Source of the DNA: an uncultured Alphaproteobacteria bacterium
GTDB taxonomy: Bacteria; Pseudomonadota; Alphaproteobacteria; Rs-D84
Length of the DNA: 64,000 nucleotides
Assembly: GCA_944389235.1 (NCBI GenBank)
Contig: CALXLO010000003.1
Location: 1,223 to 65,222, forward strand
Direction of reading: 5' to 3'
Of this stretch, positions 47,577 through 58,280 are shown in pieces. The notes below the pieces were generated by a model. That model did no database searches, had not been told where the DNA came from, and saw only the letters and a program-made list of their open reading frames with translations. Each line of letters starts with the position of its first letter. Position 1 is the first letter of the stretch. A program made the translations under genes and the position numbers.

Positions 47577-48188
47577 TTATTTCCCCATAAAAACATTTGA
47601 ATCTATGCCAAGTTCGTTTTTTAATCGAACTGACACCCGCCGACAAATTTCATTAAAAACATCGCGCAAGACCGGTTCAAAATCGAACCCGTCTGCAAAT
47701 TTATCAGAAAAAAACAACTTCCAATAAAAATTGTTATCGTATTCGCCGACATAGGACAAATCGCGTGCGCATAAATGCTGAACAGCAGTATCCAGTCTAT
47801 CTAATGCTTTTACCAATTTTGATTCTGGTGATTTTCGTTCTTCATATTCTGACAAGACATTTTTTATTTCATCATCATTCAGCAATCCCAAAATTTTATT
47901 AATTGCATCAGATTCACGTTCATGCTTTTCTGTCATAACATCTGGGTTCTGCCTGTGCAGTGGGATATCATGTGTTATCGCCTCTGGCAAATCGTGCAAA
48001 GCGCACATTTTCATAACCCGTTCCATGTTTACCGGCGTTTTTAAGTATGGTCGTAAAGCAATCGCCATAATACACATATTCCATGAATGCGATGCCACAG
48101 ACTGACACATACCATCAGACATCCGTGTTGTTCTGTATTCGCATTCTAATTTTTCTGCGATTGTAAAGAAATCTGCTATCTTTTCCAT
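47577..48188 (-). CDS. HD-domain phosphohydrolase (YfbR-like)
   Basis: HSWNMCIMA...ALHDLPEAITHDIP (H...HD...D motif). Confidence 0.7.
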   Translation of the reverse strand: MEKIADFFTIAEKLECEYRTTRMSDGMCQSVASHSWNMCIMAIALRPYLKTPVNMERVMKMCALHDLPEAITHDIPLHRQNPDVMTEKHERESDAINKILGLLNDDEIKNVLSEYEERKSPESKLVKALDRLDTAVQHLCARDLSYVGEYDNNFYWKLFFSDKFADGFDFEPVLRDVFNEICRRVSVRLKNELGIDSNVFMGK

Positions 48189-48194
48189 TGTGAA

Positions 48195-49184
48195 TTATTT
48201 TTCCAGTCCCAGATGAGCATAGCCGGCATCTGTTATAATACGCCCCCGCGGCGTGCGTTGAACAAACCCCAACTGCATTAAATACGGTTCTATGACATCT
48301 TCGATGGTATCTGACGGTTCCGACAATGCCGCCGCCAGATTTTCAATACCAACCGGCCCGCCCGCATAATGCCGCACAATAGCGTTCATATACTCGCGGT
48401 CAATTTCATCCAACCCGCGTTCATCAATATGCAACTGGAATAAAGTTGTTTTTATTGTATCCGCAGAAATATTGTCATGTCCCATTGCCGTGGCAAAATC
48501 ACGCGCCCGCTTTAATAGTCTGTTTGCAATACGGGGCGTACCACGCGAACTGCGCGCCAACATACCTGCGCCATCAGCATCAATTTTTGTTCCCAATATA
48601 TTTGCACTGCGCATAATTATGCGCGCCAAATCATCTGGCGAATAGAACGACAGGCGCAAATCAATTCCGAATCTGTCCCGCAACGGATTAGACAACAGCC
48701 CTGTGCGCGTTGTTGCCCCAACCAGCGTAAACGGGGGCAGGTCAATCCGCACACTTTTCGCCGACGGACCTTCGCCCAGCATGATATCCAGTTTGAAATC
48801 TTCCATTGCGGAATACAAAACTTCTTCTATTGCAGTGGGCAAACGATGGATTTCATCAATAAACAAAACATCCATAGGTTCCAACGCTGTTAATATTGCT
48901 GCTAAATCGCCTTGCTTGGTCAGCATTGGTGCCGATGTCGCACGGAAATTTGTCCCCAATTCATTTGCAACAATATGTGCCAGCGTCGTTTTGCCCAGCC
49001 CCGGTGGCCCATACAGCAACACATGGTCCATTGCTTCACCACGCGCGCGCGCGCCAGAAATAAACACAGACAGATTCTGTTTCAAACTGTCATGCCCAAT
49101 AAAGTCCGCCAATGTACGCGGACGAATTGATGCCGCCATTTCGTCTGGAATATTTGGGTCTAAAAATCTATCAGTATTTTGCAT
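48195..49184 (-). CDS. ruvB: Holliday junction branch migration helicase RuvB
   Basis: [22 protein letters not shown] Walker A. AAA+ and winged-helix regions present. Confidence 0.9.
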   Translation of the reverse strand: MQNTDRFLDPNIPDEMAASIRPRTLADFIGHDSLKQNLSVFISGARARGEAMDHVLLYGPPGLGKTTLAHIVANELGTNFRATSAPMLTKQGDLAAILTALEPMDVLFIDEIHRLPTAIEEVLYSAMEDFKLDIMLGEGPSAKSVRIDLPPFTLVGATTRTGLLSNPLRDRFGIDLRLSFYSPDDLARIIMRSANILGTKIDADGAGMLARSSRGTPRIANRLLKRARDFATAMGHDNISADTIKTTLFQLHIDERGLDEIDREYMNAIVRHYAGGPVGIENLAAALSEPSDTIEDVIEPYLMQLGFVQRTPRGRIITDAGYAHLGLEK

Positions 49185-49187
49185 ATT

Positions 49188-49847
49188 TTATAATAATTTG
49201 TTATCTGCATTTTCACGGCCGACATACGCCTTTAAGTCATTATACATTTGACGCAAATCCGCAGGCTGAGAATAATTTTCATCAGCATTTTTAATTCTGA
49301 TAGTTTCTAAATCAATTTGTGCCTGTTTTTTCAAAATTTGTGTTAAATGTGTTGCAAACGCCTTGGCATCATCAGATTCTGCCGCGCCTTGTAATAACAA
49401 TCCCCGATTTGGTCTTGGGGACAAAAACGCGAAATCAGACACCGCAGAATCCGGCGACACCAATGCAAAGCCCGATACTTCGGGTCTGCGCATCATCGCC
49501 TGTAAAACATACCATGCCCCCAATTGATGTCCTGCCAGCCATATACGGTCGCTGTCTTCATTACGATTTTGAATCCAATCAATAACCGTGGCAATATCCA
49601 ACATGTTTTCAGAAGTGGTACCTATGGCACCTTCGGAATAATTAACACCACGATAATTAAATCGCACAACAGAAAATCCAATATCCATAAACGCACGAAA
49701 CATTGCGTATGAAATACGGTCATTCATGTGGTATTTTTGCCGTGGATTCCCAGACAGAATCACCGCCAACGGTGCCGCCGGGGTATCAGATTTATGATAA
49801 ACCGCATGCAATTTGCCGGCTTCGCCGCTTATCATTATATCAACCAT
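49188..49847 (-). CDS. Alpha/beta-hydrolase-fold protein with an atypical nucleophile elbow
   Basis: The HGG-like segment and overall length fit an alpha/beta hydrolase. The elbow reads LAGHQLGAW (Gln where Ser is expected). Confidence 0.55.
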   Translation of the reverse strand: MVDIMISGEAGKLHAVYHKSDTPAAPLAVILSGNPRQKYHMNDRISYAMFRAFMDIGFSVVRFNYRGVNYSEGAIGTTSENMLDIATVIDWIQNRNEDSDRIWLAGHQLGAWYVLQAMMRRPEVSGFALVSPDSAVSDFAFLSPRPNRGLLLQGAAESDDAKAFATHLTQILKKQAQIDLETIRIKNADENYSQPADLRQMYNDLKAYVGRENADNKLL

Positions 49848-49983
49848 TTTAATTCGCCTTTTATAATAATTAATTTGTAATTACTTTATAGCCCAAACCA
49901 GATACATTTTTCAACAGAAATTTTTGCTTTGACAGGGCGGTCGCAAATGTTTTAAGATTTATCAGAGAGAAAAAGGCATTGAT

Positions 49984-50910
49984 ATGACAAGATTTGTTTT
50001 AATGGCGATTTTACCGGTTTTTATTATATTTGGTGCGCATGCTGCGACCGAAAATATCGTTTATGACAACTTTCAAACAATTTACACAGAAACACCTGTT
50101 CAGTCTTATTATGCATATCCAGATGACCCGAATTTCGTTCCAGAAACCGAATTTATGAACAGTGCAAACGGTTTGAATTATGACCTGAATATCGAAGAAG
50201 CCAGACAAATAGAATCCATGATGCACCCAGGTGTCGCATTCGCCGACCGGCCGATGGTTATATGCCGTAATTTTGGTTGCACACGCTTAAACGACCGCAT
50301 ATCGCGTACATTTTTGTTCAACAGTCTGGCAAACATATTTATGATGAATGCTTATTCACGGTTATATATATGTGAAGCGGACCCATTTTCGCGCGACTGT
50401 TTGCAATCTGGTATATCTTTCCCTGTACGCAGCGGAATTGCGAACGCGTTGGTCAAAATACCCAAGGCATCTATATCCCAAGTACACATGTCAACAGGTC
50501 TGTCCAAGGCAACAGTCAATATGACATATGAATTCTTGGTTAATGGAATCGACCGCCAATGCGAACCAACAATAACGGATATTGTTATCCCATCTAATAC
50601 CGAAGCAACATTGTCCAGTCGCGAATTTACATGCAATATGACCAGCGACGGGCTTAGCAATGTATCATTGCTGGTTAACATAGACTATATTGATTTAGAC
50701 TATGGTATATTGGGCGGTTATTATTCTGTCGGCATGCAGGGTCCAACCACCGGCGGCGGAACTGGGTACGCGTTATTCAAGACCGAATTTACAACTGGCG
50801 GAATGCAATTTCGTGCTGCGATAACCGGCGAAGAAGAAATGATGGGCGCACACAACGCCATGATGACAATTCAACCGGGCGAATATGCTGTTGAACCGCT
50901 GAAAAAATAA
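49984..50910 (+). CDS. Secreted hypothetical protein
   Basis: Signal peptide MTRFVLMAILPVFIIFGAHA. 308 aa. Sits upstream of, and co-oriented with, the two-component pair. Confidence 0.5.
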   Translation: MTRFVLMAILPVFIIFGAHAATENIVYDNFQTIYTETPVQSYYAYPDDPNFVPETEFMNSANGLNYDLNIEEARQIESMMHPGVAFADRPMVICRNFGCTRLNDRISRTFLFNSLANIFMMNAYSRLYICEADPFSRDCLQSGISFPVRSGIANALVKIPKASISQVHMSTGLSKATVNMTYEFLVNGIDRQCEPTITDIVIPSNTEATLSSREFTCNMTSDGLSNVSLLVNIDYIDLDYGILGGYYSVGMQGPTTGGGTGYALFKTEFTTGGMQFRAAITGEEEMMGAHNAMMTIQPGEYAVEPLKK

Positions 50911-50949
50911 ATCTGCACAAACCAAATATGCAGACAAATATATTTTTGC

Positions 50950-51618
50950 ATGAATAAAACTGTTTTAATTATTGACGACGACGACATGCTGCGCAATACA
51001 TTGGCACGCGGATTGCGTGATGCTGCTTTTAACACTGTTTGCGCCCCAGACGCAGAAACAGGCGATAAAATACTGGCGCGTATATCTGTTGATGCAATTG
51101 TACTTGACAGAATGCTGGGGGGAACAGACGGGCTTAGTTTTCTTAAACAACTGCGTGCCCGCGGTTGTACGACACCTGTTATAATGCTGACCGCAATGGC
51201 CGGACCAGAAAATGCAATTGACGGTTTATCATGTGGCGCAAATGACTATTTGGCTAAACCTTTTCAATTACGCGAATTAATATTGCGGTTAAATAATATC
51301 ATAAAAAATCATGACGATAATAACCACGAAATGCCAGATGGTCTAATTTTCACAGACAATGAATTTTTTATCGCCCCAATTAACGCAGCTGATGCGCCGC
51401 GTTTATTGGCACTGTCCGGCGAAGAAAAGCGTTTATTACAAAATCTGGTATCGCCAATTGGTAATACTGTTCCTGCGGCACCGATGGTTGCAAAACGCTT
51501 GCGCAATAAATTAAATGGTGTATTATCAGACATAGATATTATTACTGTCCGCGGGCGCGGATACCGATTGGTTCGCATTATTCGCCCAACGGAACGCACA
51601 AATGGTGAAACAGAATGA
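50950..51618 (+). CDS. OmpR-family response regulator
   Basis: Receiver domain with IIDDDDMLRN...D57-like LDRMLGGTDG...K. C-terminal winged helix ITVRGRGYRL. Confidence 0.8.
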   Translation: MNKTVLIIDDDDMLRNTLARGLRDAAFNTVCAPDAETGDKILARISVDAIVLDRMLGGTDGLSFLKQLRARGCTTPVIMLTAMAGPENAIDGLSCGANDYLAKPFQLRELILRLNNIIKNHDDNNHEMPDGLIFTDNEFFIAPINAADAPRLLALSGEEKRLLQNLVSPIGNTVPAAPMVAKRLRNKLNGVLSDIDIITVRGRGYRLVRIIRPTERTNGETE

Positions 51619-52895
51619 GATTGATACCACGCAGCTTTTTATGGCGCACAATTTTGATGATACTGATTCCACTGATTGTTGCATTGGTAATCATTGCCAA
51701 TGTATTCTTTGGTAATCACTGGTCGCGTGTTCATGCAACATTGGCACGCAGTTTGGCCGTTGACATCAGTACTATGATGAATTTTATGGATAACGGCGAC
51801 ATGGCAACCGCCCAAACAATGGCGCGGGATATGGGCATTAATATATCTATTAATCCTAAATTAAATCGCCCAAATAAAAACGACAACGCTTCACGCGAAG
51901 CAGGCTTGTTGGCAAACGAACTGGCAACCCGCCTGAATCGTCAATCCCAGATATATATTGATAAAGCCAAACGATTGGTATTTGTTGATATTCCGACAAA
52001 CAATGGGCAAATTGCGACATTTGGCACATCGCTGTATCGCATATATTCAACCAGTACCGAAGTATTTATAATCTGGCTGATTGGGTCAATATTAATTGTG
52101 TCAATACTAGTAACCCCATTTATCATAATGCACACCCGCAGCATTCGTCGCATTGCCAAGGCCGCCGGTCGATTTGGTCGTGGTCTGGACGCGCCAGGAT
52201 TTGTCCCAACTGGTTCCAAAGAAATCCGCGAAGCCGCTGCTGCAATGATTACAATGAAAGAACGGCTGGACCGCTATAACCGCACACGCACAGACATGTT
52301 AAATGCGGTCAGTCATGACCTGAAATCACCCCTGACACGCATGCGTTTAGGGATTGAAACAGATACAGCAACAAAATCTGATTTGTTGCATGATATCGAC
52401 CGCATGACAGAAATGGTCAACGGCTATTTAGCATTTGCCCGTGGCGAAATGCCAGAAATAGAACAAGCAACAGAATTGCCGGCAATGCTATTACGCATTG
52501 CACGCGATGCTGCACCGCAAAAAACTGTTGAAACAAATTTCCCAGATGAACCAGTGCAATTTTATGCGCGTCCGATGGCGCTTGCACGCGCATTTGCCAA
52601 TATAATTGAAAATGCTGCACGATATGCTAATAAAGTCATTCGCATAACCGAAAACGATTATCCGGACAAAGTCGAAATCATCATCGAAGACGACGGTCCA
52701 GGCATCCCAAATGATAAAAAACGCGATGCACTGCGGCCATTTGTTCGTCTGGATGACGCACGCAGTGAAAAAACTGGTGGCACAGGATTGGGATTATCCA
52801 TCGCACAAACTGCGATTGAAAATCATGGCGGTCAGCTGTTTTTGGAAAACAGTGAACTGGGCGGGTTAAAAGTTCGCATTGTATTACCCATATAG
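51615..52895 (+). CDS. Sensor histidine kinase (EnvZ-like)
   Basis: Two TM helices, a HisKA H-box (VSHDLKSPLTRMRL), and HATPase N/G boxes (DDGPGIP, GGTGLGLSI). Its start overlaps the RR stop by 4 nt. Confidence 0.8.
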   Translation: MRLIPRSFLWRTILMILIPLIVALVIIANVFFGNHWSRVHATLARSLAVDISTMMNFMDNGDMATAQTMARDMGINISINPKLNRPNKNDNASREAGLLANELATRLNRQSQIYIDKAKRLVFVDIPTNNGQIATFGTSLYRIYSTSTEVFIIWLIGSILIVSILVTPFIIMHTRSIRRIAKAAGRFGRGLDAPGFVPTGSKEIREAAAAMITMKERLDRYNRTRTDMLNAVSHDLKSPLTRMRLGIETDTATKSDLLHDIDRMTEMVNGYLAFARGEMPEIEQATELPAMLLRIARDAAPQKTVETNFPDEPVQFYARPMALARAFANIIENAARYANKVIRITENDYPDKVEIIIEDDGPGIPNDKKRDALRPFVRLDDARSEKTGGTGLGLSIAQTAIENHGGQLFLENSELGGLKVRIVLPI

Positions 52896-52916
52896 TAAAA
52901 TCCACAGGAAGAAAAA

Positions 52917-54632
52917 ATGAATTTGTACCAGTATGTTTCAGAATCTATTAACAAAAAACTGGGGTTTACTGTAAACCTGGAAACGCCACGCAATCGCGAA
53001 TTTGGCGACTTTTCAACAAACGCTGCAATGGTAATGGCAAAGTCTGCTGGGAAAAATCCACGCGCGTTGGCTGATGAAATATTACCAAAATTACGCGAAT
53101 TAGATTTTGTTGCCGACGCATCTGTTGCAGGCCCAGGTTTTATCAATATAAAATTGCGTGATGATTTTATCTGGCGCGCATCAGCAATGCCGCACGATAT
53201 TAAAACAGACACCCTCATGATTATTGATATGGATTATGGTTCATACAATGTTGCCAAATCATTGCACATTGGTCATCTGCGCACATCCATCGTTGGCGAT
53301 ACACTGAACCGCATTGCAAAATACTTGGGTCATCATACAATATCATATAACCATATTGGTGATTGGGGTCGTTCAATGGGACTGGTTATAGCATGGATTA
53401 AAAAGAATCACCCCGATTGGCCATTTTTTCAACCAGACTTTGACCCAGATGCAGATTACAGCAAATACGCAATGCCTGTGGCAGAACTGGATACATATTA
53501 TCCAGCCGCCGCAGCATTGGCAAAAACAGATGACAGTTTCATGGAACAAGCCCGCCAAATTACCGCAGAATTACAGCGTGGGCACCCAGGATATAACGCA
53601 TTATATAATGTATTTTTCCCAGTATCTATGAAGTCCATGATGGACACAGTAAGCCGGTTAAACATTATGCCATTTGACCGCAACTTGGGCGAACGAAACG
53701 CCGCCAAATATGTTGAACCTGTTGAAAAATTACTGCGTGAAAAAAATCTGTTGGTCAAAAGCGATGGTGCTGAAGTAATTGTTGTAAAGAAAGACACAGA
53801 CACCGCGCCAATGCCGCCGGTTATGTTCTATAATTCACACGGTGCTGTTCCGTATGATGCAACAGATATTATGGCATTATATTATCGTAAAATAACCGAT
53901 AACCCAGACAAAATTATATACTTAACAGACATTCGCCAAAAACTGCATTTTGAACAACTGTTTCGTGTTGCCGAATTAACCGGGCTGTTCCCCGCCAAAG
54001 ACATGGAACACATCGGATACGGCACAATCAATGGGTCAGACGGCAAACCATTCAAAACACGCGACGGTAATGCCGCCGGACTGAATGACATAATTGAAAT
54101 GATAACAGATGCGGTAAAACAACGCGTCGCAGCCAGTGGCAAAAATCTGTCCAGCGAAACAATTGATGCAATTGCATTGGCGGCATTAAAATTCAATGAT
54201 TTAATACATGACCTGCGTTCAGATTATATATTTGACCCAGAATCCGTCACCAGTTTCGAAGGACGCACCGGTCCATACATACTGTATACGGCTGTTCGCC
54301 TGAACAGTATTTTACGCAAGGCGGACGATGCAACATCTATATCAACCGATTCTGCGGTACTGTCTGATGACGAACGCAATTTGCTGATTGCGACACTGGA
54401 TTTTGAACGCACGGCGCAAAGTGCATTTGATAATCGTGCCACAGATATGATTGCAAATTATGCGTATGATTTGTGTCAACTGGCAAACACTTTTTATCAC
54501 AATTGCCCAATTTTGCGCGAAGACATAGATGCCACAACCCGTGCCCAACGGCTGCAAATCGCCAGAATTGCACGCGACACATTGGCACAAACAATTGATT
54601 TAATGGGGCTGATAATTCCAGACGAAATGTAA
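52917..54632 (+). CDS. argS: Arginine--tRNA ligase
   Basis: N-terminal Arg-tRNA-binding domain, HIGH-like SLHIGHLRTS, and a DALR anticodon-binding C-terminus. Confidence 0.9.
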   Translation: MNLYQYVSESINKKLGFTVNLETPRNREFGDFSTNAAMVMAKSAGKNPRALADEILPKLRELDFVADASVAGPGFINIKLRDDFIWRASAMPHDIKTDTLMIIDMDYGSYNVAKSLHIGHLRTSIVGDTLNRIAKYLGHHTISYNHIGDWGRSMGLVIAWIKKNHPDWPFFQPDFDPDADYSKYAMPVAELDTYYPAAAALAKTDDSFMEQARQITAELQRGHPGYNALYNVFFPVSMKSMMDTVSRLNIMPFDRNLGERNAAKYVEPVEKLLREKNLLVKSDGAEVIVVKKDTDTAPMPPVMFYNSHGAVPYDATDIMALYYRKITDNPDKIIYLTDIRQKLHFEQLFRVAELTGLFPAKDMEHIGYGTINGSDGKPFKTRDGNAAGLNDIIEMITDAVKQRVAASGKNLSSETIDAIALAALKFNDLIHDLRSDYIFDPESVTSFEGRTGPYILYTAVRLNSILRKADDATSISTDSAVLSDDERNLLIATLDFERTAQSAFDNRATDMIANYAYDLCQLANTFYHNCPILREDIDATTRAQRLQIARIARDTLAQTIDLMGLIIPDEM

Positions 54633-54742
54633 ATCTGGTCGCGCAAAATTCATACGGTACAATAATACCGCAACGAAAATTCTTGACTTTTCCGGTGGGG
54701 TGGGGCATAATGTGCCGGCTAAATTTAATAAAAGGTAAAAAT

Positions 54743-55216
54743 ATGGCAGCGACAAAATCGTTAAAAAAATGCGAATTAGATGCCAAATGGTATCTGATTG
54801 ACGCAACAGATTGCACACTGGGTCGTTTGGCGGCATATACTGCGAACATCCTGCGTGGCAAGCATAAACCAACATGGACACCCAATATGGACTGTGGCGA
54901 CCATGTTATAATTATTAATGCAGACAAAGTTGCACTGTCTGGCAAAAAGGCTGACAAAACAAAATTCTTTTGGCATTCATTGTGGACAGGCAGCATCAAA
55001 GAACGCACATTGGGTCAAATGCGCAGCGAAAAACCAGAAAAATTGGTCTATAACGCAGTAAAGCGCATGATGGGTCGTCGCACCGCGGTCGCATTGGCGA
55101 ACAAGCGTTTAACCAAACTGCACATCTATGCTGGTGCAGAACACAAACACGCGGCACAAAACCCAATTGTTATTAACTTTGCCGAAATTAATCGTAAAAA
55201 TAAAAGGGGCGAATAA
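54743..55216 (+). CDS. rplM: 50S ribosomal protein L13 (start at MAATKSL; the upstream 20 codons in the ORF track are unlikely to be translated)
   Basis: [47 protein letters not shown]. Confidence 0.9.
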   Translation: MAATKSLKKCELDAKWYLIDATDCTLGRLAAYTANILRGKHKPTWTPNMDCGDHVIIINADKVALSGKKADKTKFFWHSLWTGSIKERTLGQMRSEKPEKLVYNAVKRMMGRRTAVALANKRLTKLHIYAGAEHKHAAQNPIVINFAEINRKNKRGE

Positions 55217-55707
55217 TGACAGAAACAAAAAAGACTGCAAAAAAACCAGCAGCAAAAACAACAAAAAAGGCGGCCCCAGCAAAAACAACGGCCAAAAAAG
55301 CAGTTGCTGATGTCAAATTAGCAAATGCAACATACGCCACCGGCAAACGCAAAGATTCCGTTGCACGCGTATATCTGATTGCTGGCAAGGGTCAAATCAT
55401 CATCAACGGTACCCCAATGACAGAATATTTCCGTCGTCCGGTATTGCAAATGATTATTGCCCAACCGTTCGGCATTACAAAGCGTGAAACAGCATACGAT
55501 GTACACGCCATTGTTGCAGGTGGCGGCTTGTCCGGCCAGGCAGGTGCCGTAAAACACGGTATATCCAAGGCATTGGAAAAAGCAGAACCGGATTTACGTA
55601 AAGTGTTAAAAGCGGCTGGATTCTTGACACGCGACAGCCGTGTTGTTGAACGCAAACACTTTGGTCATCACAAAGCGCGTCGTTCAACCCAGTTTAGCAA
55701 GCGTTAA
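55216..55707 (+). CDS. rpsI: 30S ribosomal protein S9 with a Lys/Ala-rich N-terminal extension
   Basis: C-terminus [17 protein letters not shown] is the S9 signature. Confidence 0.9.
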   Translation: MTETKKTAKKPAAKTTKKAAPAKTTAKKAVADVKLANATYATGKRKDSVARVYLIAGKGQIIINGTPMTEYFRRPVLQMIIAQPFGITKRETAYDVHAIVAGGGLSGQAGAVKHGISKALEKAEPDLRKVLKAAGFLTRDSRVVERKHFGHHKARRSTQFSKR

Positions 55708-55720
55708 ACCATGGGGGACG

Positions 55721-55752
55721 AAAAAAAATCCGCCACATGGCGGATTTTTTAC
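55721..55752 (+). terminator. Rho-independent terminator after rplM-rpsI
   Basis: ATCCGCCacatGGCGGAT followed by TTTTTT. Confidence 0.6.
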
Positions 55753-55832
55753 AATGATGAAAAAGTGTATTGCGTTTATAAAAAAAACTTGTATAATCAT
55801 TCGGCAATTCACTATCTTATACGAGGAAAAAC

Positions 55833-57143
55833 ATGTTCAAAAAAGAAAAAATCAAAGATTTACACTATTCTGTCAACGGGCTGATTACAGCCGATGAAAT
55901 TCAGGCCGCGGCCGATGAAATTCTGACCGAATATGGTGCCAAGGCAAAAATGCCGGGGTTTCGTCCGGGTCATATTCCATTATCAATTCTGCGCCAGAAA
56001 TATAACGCATCTGCAATTTCCGAAGCAATTGATAAACTGATGAACCAGGATTTGAATAAATATATCGCAGATAAAAAAATTCGTTTGGCCGCCGCACCCA
56101 AGGCTGATTTATCCAAATGGGAAATCGGTCAAGATGCAGAATATTCACTGGAATTTGATATTCTGCCAACATTACCAGCAATTGATTTAGACAAATTCAC
56201 AATAACAAAAAAGACCGCTAAACTAGACGAAAGCGAAGTTGAAAAATCGCTGGAAAACATCCGCAAATCACGCAGTATTGCCGAAAAACAGTCCGACGAT
56301 TATGCTGCACAAAATGGCGATACCGCTGTAATTGATTTTACAGGATTTATTGGCGATACCGCATTTGACGGGGGTGCCGCTGAAAAACACCCGTTAATAT
56401 TGGGCTCTGGCGCGTTTATTCCAGGATTCGAAGAACAAATTATCGGTCATAAATCTGGCGATGAATTTGATGTAAATGTAAAATTCCCATCTGACTATCA
56501 TGCCGAAAACTTGGCTGGTCAAGACGCGCGTTTTGCAGTTAAAGTTCACGAAGTTCGCAAACATAAATTACCAGAATTAAATGACGAATTGGCAAAAGCG
56601 GTTGGTCATGAATCTGTTGAAAAACTGCGCGAACATATCCGTAATATTTTAACAGAACAATATGACGAAGCATCAAAACGCGAAATGCGTAATGAATTGT
56701 TAGACATATTGGCCGATAAAGTAAAATTGGACTTGCCAGAATCATTGGTTGACCAAGAACTGAACATGGCAAAACAAGAACACGACCGCGAACATGCAAA
56801 ATGTGATGGCGATTGTGGCAAAGACCATAAATGGGACGACAAGAAAGAACGCAAAGACGCAGAACGCCGTGTTAAACTGGGGCTGATTTTGGCAGAATGG
56901 GGTACACAAAACAAGGTAGAGGTCACACGCGATGACCTGCAACAAGCCGTCTGGGCCGAAGCATCCCGTTATCCAAACCCACAACAAGTGTTTGAATTTT
57001 ATAACAAAAACCAAAATGCGGTTGCGATGCTGCGCGGTATGATTTTCGAACGCAAAGCACTGGATGCAATGTTAACACATGTTAAAACCAAGGAAAAATC
57101 TGTTAAACCAACAGAATTATTCCAACAGGCTGATGTGCGTTAA
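55833..57143 (+). CDS. tig: Trigger factor
   Basis: N-terminal ribosome-binding domain GFRPGHIP. FKBP-like middle domain. C-terminal arm. Confidence 0.85.
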   Translation: MFKKEKIKDLHYSVNGLITADEIQAAADEILTEYGAKAKMPGFRPGHIPLSILRQKYNASAISEAIDKLMNQDLNKYIADKKIRLAAAPKADLSKWEIGQDAEYSLEFDILPTLPAIDLDKFTITKKTAKLDESEVEKSLENIRKSRSIAEKQSDDYAAQNGDTAVIDFTGFIGDTAFDGGAAEKHPLILGSGAFIPGFEEQIIGHKSGDEFDVNVKFPSDYHAENLAGQDARFAVKVHEVRKHKLPELNDELAKAVGHESVEKLREHIRNILTEQYDEASKREMRNELLDILADKVKLDLPESLVDQELNMAKQEHDREHAKCDGDCGKDHKWDDKKERKDAERRVKLGLILAEWGTQNKVEVTRDDLQQAVWAEASRYPNPQQVFEFYNKNQNAVAMLRGMIFERKALDAMLTHVKTKEKSVKPTELFQQADVR

Positions 57144-57154
57144 AAATACATGAA

Positions 57155-57185
57155 ATACGCGCCATATGGCGCGTATCGCATTTAA
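57155..57185 (+). terminator. Terminator-like hairpin after tig
   Basis: ATACGCGCCatatGGCGCGTAT hairpin. Only a weak T tract (CGCATTT). Confidence 0.4.
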
Positions 57186-57211
57186 TATATGAATAACCAA
57201 GGGTATAAATT

Positions 57212-58165
57212 ATGCAAGCATATTTAGATATTTTAGATAATATTCTGCGAGAAGGTAAAAACATTCGTAATAATCGCACCGGCATTCCAGATATTGGATT
57301 GTCATCAGGTGCAGTATTTGAACACGATATGTCAATGGGCTTTCCATTATTAACAACAAAGAAAATGGGATTAAAAAACATTGCAACAGAACTAGAATTT
57401 TTTATTCGCGGTCTGACCGATAAAAAATGGCTGCAAGACAGAAACTGCCACATTTGGGACGAATGGGCAAACCCGATACGGGTCGAAGAAAAATATAATT
57501 TAATATCCCGAAATTATAATTTAACACCAGCGCAGCAAAAAAGTCTGCGAAATAGAATTATGGACGAAGAAACTGATTTAGGACCGATTTACGGTTTTCA
57601 ATGGCGGCACTTTGGTGGCGAATACAAGTGGGACTTTATCCGTATTGCCAAAGACCCGTCTAATAACTATAACCATCGCAAACCGGGCATTGACCAAGTT
57701 AAAATTGCCATAGATAAATTAAAAAATAATCCAAATGACCGTCGCATAGTGGTCAGTGCATGGAATCCTGTTGATATTCCACAAATGGCATTACCACCAT
57801 GTCATGTTATGCACCAGTTAATTGTGCGCGATGGTAAACTGTCATTAATATGGACCCAGCGTTCATGCGATATGTTCTTGGGCGTTCCGTATAACATTGC
57901 CAGTTATGCACTGTTATTATTGTTATACGCAAAAGAATCTGGACTGACCCCGGGTACATTAAAAGGCGAATTACATGACGCGCATATTTATACAAATCAT
58001 ATTCCCCAGGTCAAACAGCAACTAAAACGCGCACCGTATAAATTACCAACGGTCGAAATTCCCGATGAAAATTGGCGCGGCATGCTGAATTGGTCTGCAG
58101 ACCAAGGATTCAAACTAAAAGATTATATATGTCATGAAAAACTGCGCGGCGATGTCGCCAGATAG
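57212..58165 (+). CDS. thyA: Thymidylate synthase (ThyA, long form with an internal insertion)
   Basis: RTGIPDIGL, LPPCHVMHQLIV (catalytic Cys) and HIYTNH motifs. 317 aa. Confidence 0.85.
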   Translation: MQAYLDILDNILREGKNIRNNRTGIPDIGLSSGAVFEHDMSMGFPLLTTKKMGLKNIATELEFFIRGLTDKKWLQDRNCHIWDEWANPIRVEEKYNLISRNYNLTPAQQKSLRNRIMDEETDLGPIYGFQWRHFGGEYKWDFIRIAKDPSNNYNHRKPGIDQVKIAIDKLKNNPNDRRIVVSAWNPVDIPQMALPPCHVMHQLIVRDGKLSLIWTQRSCDMFLGVPYNIASYALLLLLYAKESGLTPGTLKGELHDAHIYTNHIPQVKQQLKRAPYKLPTVEIPDENWRGMLNWSADQGFKLKDYICHEKLRGDVAR

Positions 58166-58169
58166 GAAC

Positions 58170-58194
58170 AAACGCCCAAATGGGCGTTTTTTTC
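58170..58194 (+). terminator. Terminator after thyA
   Basis: AACGCCCaaatGGGCGTT followed by TTTTTT. Confidence 0.55.
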
Positions 58195-58280
58195 TTGCCA
58201 AACAGGATTATATACCACATAATAAAAGTGTGTCGGGGATTTTCCTTGGGCATATACTATCTACTATGAAAGGAGAAAGC

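Noticed and set aside
52832-55008. Minus-strand ORFs overlapping argS and rplM
   Set aside because: They are antisense to well-supported housekeeping genes.
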